A stretch of 61,227 bases of DNA, from NCBI GenBank assembly GCA_964606745.1, contig CAZSHJ010000004.1:1-61227 (forward strand). Reading direction: 5' to 3'. How positions within the stretch are numbered: position 1 is the first letter of the stretch; each line of letters starts with the position of its first letter. The notes below the pieces were generated by a model. The model was not told where the DNA came from and made no database searches. It saw nothing but the letters and a program-made list of their open reading frames with translations. A program made the position numbers and the translations under genes. Of this stretch, positions 58,274-61,227 are shown in pieces. Source of the DNA: an uncultured Thermoplasmatales archaeon (GTDB taxonomy: Archaea; Thermoplasmatota; E2; UBA202; DSCA01).

Positions 58274-59701
58274 TTATCGGGTGTAGTGCATCAGCACTTC
58301 TGGTATTTCATGTATTACATCACTGGCTGTCATTCCATAACCTTTTTTTTCAAAGGCAAGATTCCCTGCAGTCCCATTCATAAATGCCCCCATTCTCGCC
58401 GCATTGTATGTGGGAACATCTTTTGATAGTAAAGAGCCGATGATACCCGATAATACATCACCCGTGCCGCCAACCGTCATGCCCTCATTGTGAATATGAT
58501 TTATTTTTAAGTTTTCCCCGTTACTTATTATATCCACTGCACCCTTCAGAAGTATCGTGCATCCTCTTCTTTTCGCCTCTTTTTTCACAATCTCTTTTCT
58601 CTCCTCGAGTTCGTCCGGCAAAGTTATACCGGTCAATTCCTTAAACTCGCCGGCGTGGGGAGTTATAACGATGTTGCCATTGCATTTCCTTTCACCAAAC
58701 GCCCGTATGGCATCTGCGTCTACAACCATTTTCTTATTCAGGGATATGCCCTCGTCAATTACATCTGCAGCAAATTCCTTTGTTTCCTCTCTGTTGCCAA
58801 GCCCCGGGCCAATCACAACTGCATCCACTCTTCCGAGAAATTCCCTTATCATCGGGCTATGCTCCGCCTGCAGAAAATCTCCGTCGAGAGGCATGACTAT
58901 CATGTCGGGCGAAAATGATGCAACCATCTTCCATACTCTCCGGGGAGTGAATACAAATGACAGATCAGCTCCGGTCTTCAATGCAGCCATAGCCGCCAGG
59001 GCAGGAGCACCCGTATACGATCCCCCGCCTATCGTAAGCACCGCACCGTTCTCCCCCTTGTGGGAATTCTCCTTTGGCACGGGATAATATATCATGTCTC
59101 CGGGGCCCACCGCCACCACCGCCGCCTCCGGTATACCTATGTTTGCCACAATTATTTTGCCGCTGTTTTCCTCGGTCATTCCGTCCTTTCTATCGTGGAA
59201 GGTTACGGTCGCATCGGGCTTTACGCTTATTTTACTCCCGAAGCCGGTCGGTATGTCCACGGAAACGACTCTGGAATGGCTTCCGTTTACAATTTTTACG
59301 ATTTCTCTGTACGGCTGCCGCAGTTCCCCGGATATGCCTATGCCGAGCATCGCATCCACAATCAGTTCGCTTTCATGCAATATTTTTTCAATCCCGCTCC
59401 CGTAGCGTTGGACAAAAATGCCCAGTTTTTTTACTTTCCTGAAATTCTTTCTGGCAAGCAACGACTTTGATTCCTTCAACATTACAACATTAACATTGCA
59501 CTTTCTCGAAAGGTAACGGGCGGCAACAAGCCCATCTCCTCCGTTGTTACCTGACCCGCATAAAACAGTACAGCATCTGCAATCGAATTTTTTGTTTATA
59601 AAATCAGCTACCGCCCTTCCTGCGTTTTCCATCAGCATCCCGGCAGGAACTCCATAAAAAGCCGAATTGGCATCAAGCACCTTGACTTCCGTCGGACGCA
59701 T
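58274..59701 (-). CDS. nnr: Bifunctional NAD(P)H-hydrate epimerase/dehydratase
   Basis: LMENAG, GSGNNGGDG, SHKGENG, TPHAGEF, GGTGDVLSG. Confidence 0.95.
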   Translation of the reverse strand: MRPTEVKVLDANSAFYGVPAGMLMENAGRAVADFINKKFDCRCCTVLCGSGNNGGDGLVAARYLSRKCNVNVVMLKESKSLLARKNFRKVKKLGIFVQRYGSGIEKILHESELIVDAMLGIGISGELRQPYREIVKIVNGSHSRVVSVDIPTGFGSKISVKPDATVTFHDRKDGMTEENSGKIIVANIGIPEAAVVAVGPGDMIYYPVPKENSHKGENGAVLTIGGGSYTGAPALAAMAALKTGADLSFVFTPRRVWKMVASFSPDMIVMPLDGDFLQAEHSPMIREFLGRVDAVVIGPGLGNREETKEFAADVIDEGISLNKKMVVDADAIRAFGERKCNGNIVITPHAGEFKELTGITLPDELEERKEIVKKEAKRRGCTILLKGAVDIISNGENLKINHIHNEGMTVGGTGDVLSGIIGSLLSKDVPTYNAARMGAFMNGTAGNLAFEKKGYGMTASDVIHEIPEVLMHYTR

Positions 59702-59823
59702 ACCAAAAAGTTAAACAGTGAGAATATATAACATTTGCATATTTATTTGATTTCTCCTAAAAATTAAGAGAACTGCAAGAGCGTGTTTTGGTAAAAAAAG
59801 AAAAATGCAAAAAGCAAGTGAGT

Positions 59824-59882
59824 TAATTTGGGGTAGATTTACAATAAAGTAATTCCTGATTATATGATAACCAAGGCATAAA
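59824..59882 (+). pseudogene. Tyrosine-integrase 3' stub 2 (repeat Z2) with a 44-bp internal deletion
   Basis: Matches 54396-54498 but lacks the segment between the two AGATTTACAA repeats (54407 and 54451). Confidence 0.7.
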
Positions 59883-59884
59883 GC

Positions 59885-59990
59885 GTTACGAAACTCAAGG
59901 GGGTTGGTATGATTACACCTTTTTGCCCATTTTTGGTGTTTTTCTTATCTGTTGGAATCGGCTAAATTGTAACACTAGTGACATGATTTT
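59885..59990. repeat. Intergenic repeat Y, copy 2
   Basis: Directly follows the Z2 stop codon; homologous to 56390-56496. Confidence 0.9.
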
Positions 59991-60091
59991 TAATGGTTTA
60001 ACAACTCAGGCTATTGCAGTATTATTATATAATGCAACCCTACAGATAAGACCATCTTGAATATCGTAATTTTAGAGAGTTTTACAAAAGT

Positions 60092-60328
60092 TCATTCATC
60101 GAGATATTCTTGTGTTAACCAGCCTTCTTTTTTCAAATCGTCAATAAATCCTTTCATATATTGTTTTGTATGTCCCCAGTAATGTGTCATGGTATCATAC
60201 AGTATTTCTTCCATTTCTGATACAAGTATTCTTTTACCCTCTCTCTTATAATCTATTTTTGTTTTATTAATAACCCTGATTAACGTATTACGTTTCATCA
60301 TTCTTGGCACTCTAGGCATGTTTATCAA
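60092..60328 (-). CDS. Small basic hypothetical protein
   Basis: 78-aa ORF, possibly wHTH-like (FIDDLKKEGWL). Confidence 0.5.
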   Translation of the reverse strand: MINMPRVPRMMKRNTLIRVINKTKIDYKREGKRILVSEMEEILYDTMTHYWGHTKQYMKGFIDDLKKEGWLTQEYLDE

Positions 60329-60408
60329 CCATAAATGCTTAGCGAAGTTAAATATTTTATTGATTAGAACCTGAATAAGTCCATTTCAATCAATCCAGCA
60401 ATTTTCCC

Positions 60409-60528
60409 CTAAAAAATATTGGGCGGAATATCCTTATTGAACAAAATCGAGAGCTTGCAGTCATCGCAGATGCCGTCAGGATTTGTTGTCTCGTTCACGC
60501 CGCAGATTATGCAGATGACTTTTGGCAT
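60409..60528 (-). CDS. 39-aa zinc-finger micro-protein (not in ORF track)
   Basis: MPKVICIICGVNETTNPDGICDDCKLSILFNKDIPPNIF*; CxxC-x11-CxxC. Confidence 0.6.
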   Translation of the reverse strand: MPKVICIICGVNETTNPDGICDDCKLSILFNKDIPPNIF

Positions 60529-60658
60529 GGTGTGACTTAAGCTGAATAGAGTTAAAAAAGGTTTTGGGAAGTAAGAAAAGGATATACAAAAAATTATTTT
60601 CGGTTTTTATCGAGCGAACCAGTAACACTTAAATATTGGAAACAAGATTAAATGAAGC

Positions 60659-60862
60659 ATGTCTGTTATAAAGAGTATAGAGCTCATAGGCAGCTCCCCG
60701 GACGGCTGGGAGGATGCTGTAAGGAATGCTATAGACGAGGCGAGAAAAACCATAAGAAACATAAGGAGGGTTACGGTAAGTGACCTCGAAGTGCTCGTGG
60801 AGGATGACCGGATAGTGTCGTACCAGTCAAAGGTAAAACTCTATTTCACCATAGAGGGATGA
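60659..60862 (+). CDS. Dodecin-family protein
   Basis: IELIGSSPDGWEDAVRNAI, KTIRNI, YQSKVKL. Confidence 0.92.
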   Translation: MSVIKSIELIGSSPDGWEDAVRNAIDEARKTIRNIRRVTVSDLEVLVEDDRIVSYQSKVKLYFTIEG

Positions 60863-61014
60863 AAGATATAGAAGGGGGAGATGCAGCCAAGGAGATTTTG
60901 ATGGGGCATTCATTGAAGGGCAGCGTTGATCTACGGCATTATGCTTATTTAGATGCGGGGGATTTGAAAAAGATTTACGATAAAGTTGGAGTAAAAATAG
61001 GCTTAGGGCGTTAA
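60859..61014 (+). pseudogene. Tyrosine-integrase 3' stub 3 (box II region)
   Basis: MKDIEGGDAAKEILMGHSLKGSVDLRHYAYLDAGDLKKIYDKVGVKIGLGR*; LMGH followed by a candidate catalytic Tyr (HYAY). Confidence 0.7.
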
Positions 61015-61038
61015 AGAAAACTGAACATATAAATTCAA

Positions 61039-61227
61039 ACTAATAGAGAGGGTATATACTTACAGATATAAATTAACTAACTAATAGAGAGGGTATATAC
61101 TTACAGATATAAATTAACTAACTAATAGAGAGGGTATATACTTACAGATTAGAATTAATAAGTAATAGATAAGGTATATACTTACAGATTAGAATTAATA
61201 AGTAATAGATAAGGTATATACTTACAG
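61039..61227. repeat. 40/41-bp minisatellite truncated by the window end
   Basis: Core GGTATATACTTACAG at 61051, 61092, 61133, 61173, 61213 (periods 41, 41, 40, 40); two unit variants. Confidence 0.95.

Noticed and set aside
61039-61227. CRISPR array
   Set aside because: The constant core is only about 15-17 bp, the linkers are duplicated and homologous to each other rather than unique, and no cas genes are in the window.
1-61227. tRNA, rRNA, SRP or RNase P RNA genes, including a tRNA target for the integrase stubs
   Set aside because: No T-loop (GTTCRA) cloverleaf or GC-rich structured block recognised by eye; tRNAscan-SE/Infernal would be needed to exclude them.

Overview
Archaeal chromosomal segment. 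The r-protein cluster rps19e-PDCD5-rpl39e-rpl31e-eIF6-rpl18a-pfdA-ftsY, the RaSEA gene, SepF and the secreted PKD/Ig-domain peptidases point to Thermoplasmatota (probably a sediment E2/MBG-D-like lineage; this is inference). Core genes (pckA, uppS, arcC, hisS, purS/purL, adk, ubiX, pit, mobB, nnr, dodecin, ABC and MMPL transporters) alternate with accessory DNA. Main result: a 13,059-bp element (25162-38220) with 13-bp perfect terminal inverted repeats (CAGTAGTTCCGAA) and a 5-bp target duplication (ATGAA). It has a single ISH3-like DDE transposase and about 11 kb of cargo, including a wHTH-ParB-X-ParB operon with no ParA and an upstream array of phased 8-bp motifs. It also holds an internal dead end, and a second sister end begins 9 bp beyond it. 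A second hotspot (54.4-61.2 kb) holds three 3' stubs of one tyrosine-integrase family, modular intergenic repeats (X, Y, Z) around variable cargo (a collagen/tail-fibre-like protein and an NDT-like plus beta-barrel gene pair), and a 40/41-bp minisatellite at the window edge. Smaller items: a DpnI-like nuclease with a methyltransferase, a frameshifted RelE toxin, a SnoaL-like gene with an in-frame TAG followed by an attC-like site, and an IS200/IS605 remnant. No tRNA, rRNA or CRISPR array was recognised. All family calls come from motif recognition by eye, not database searches.
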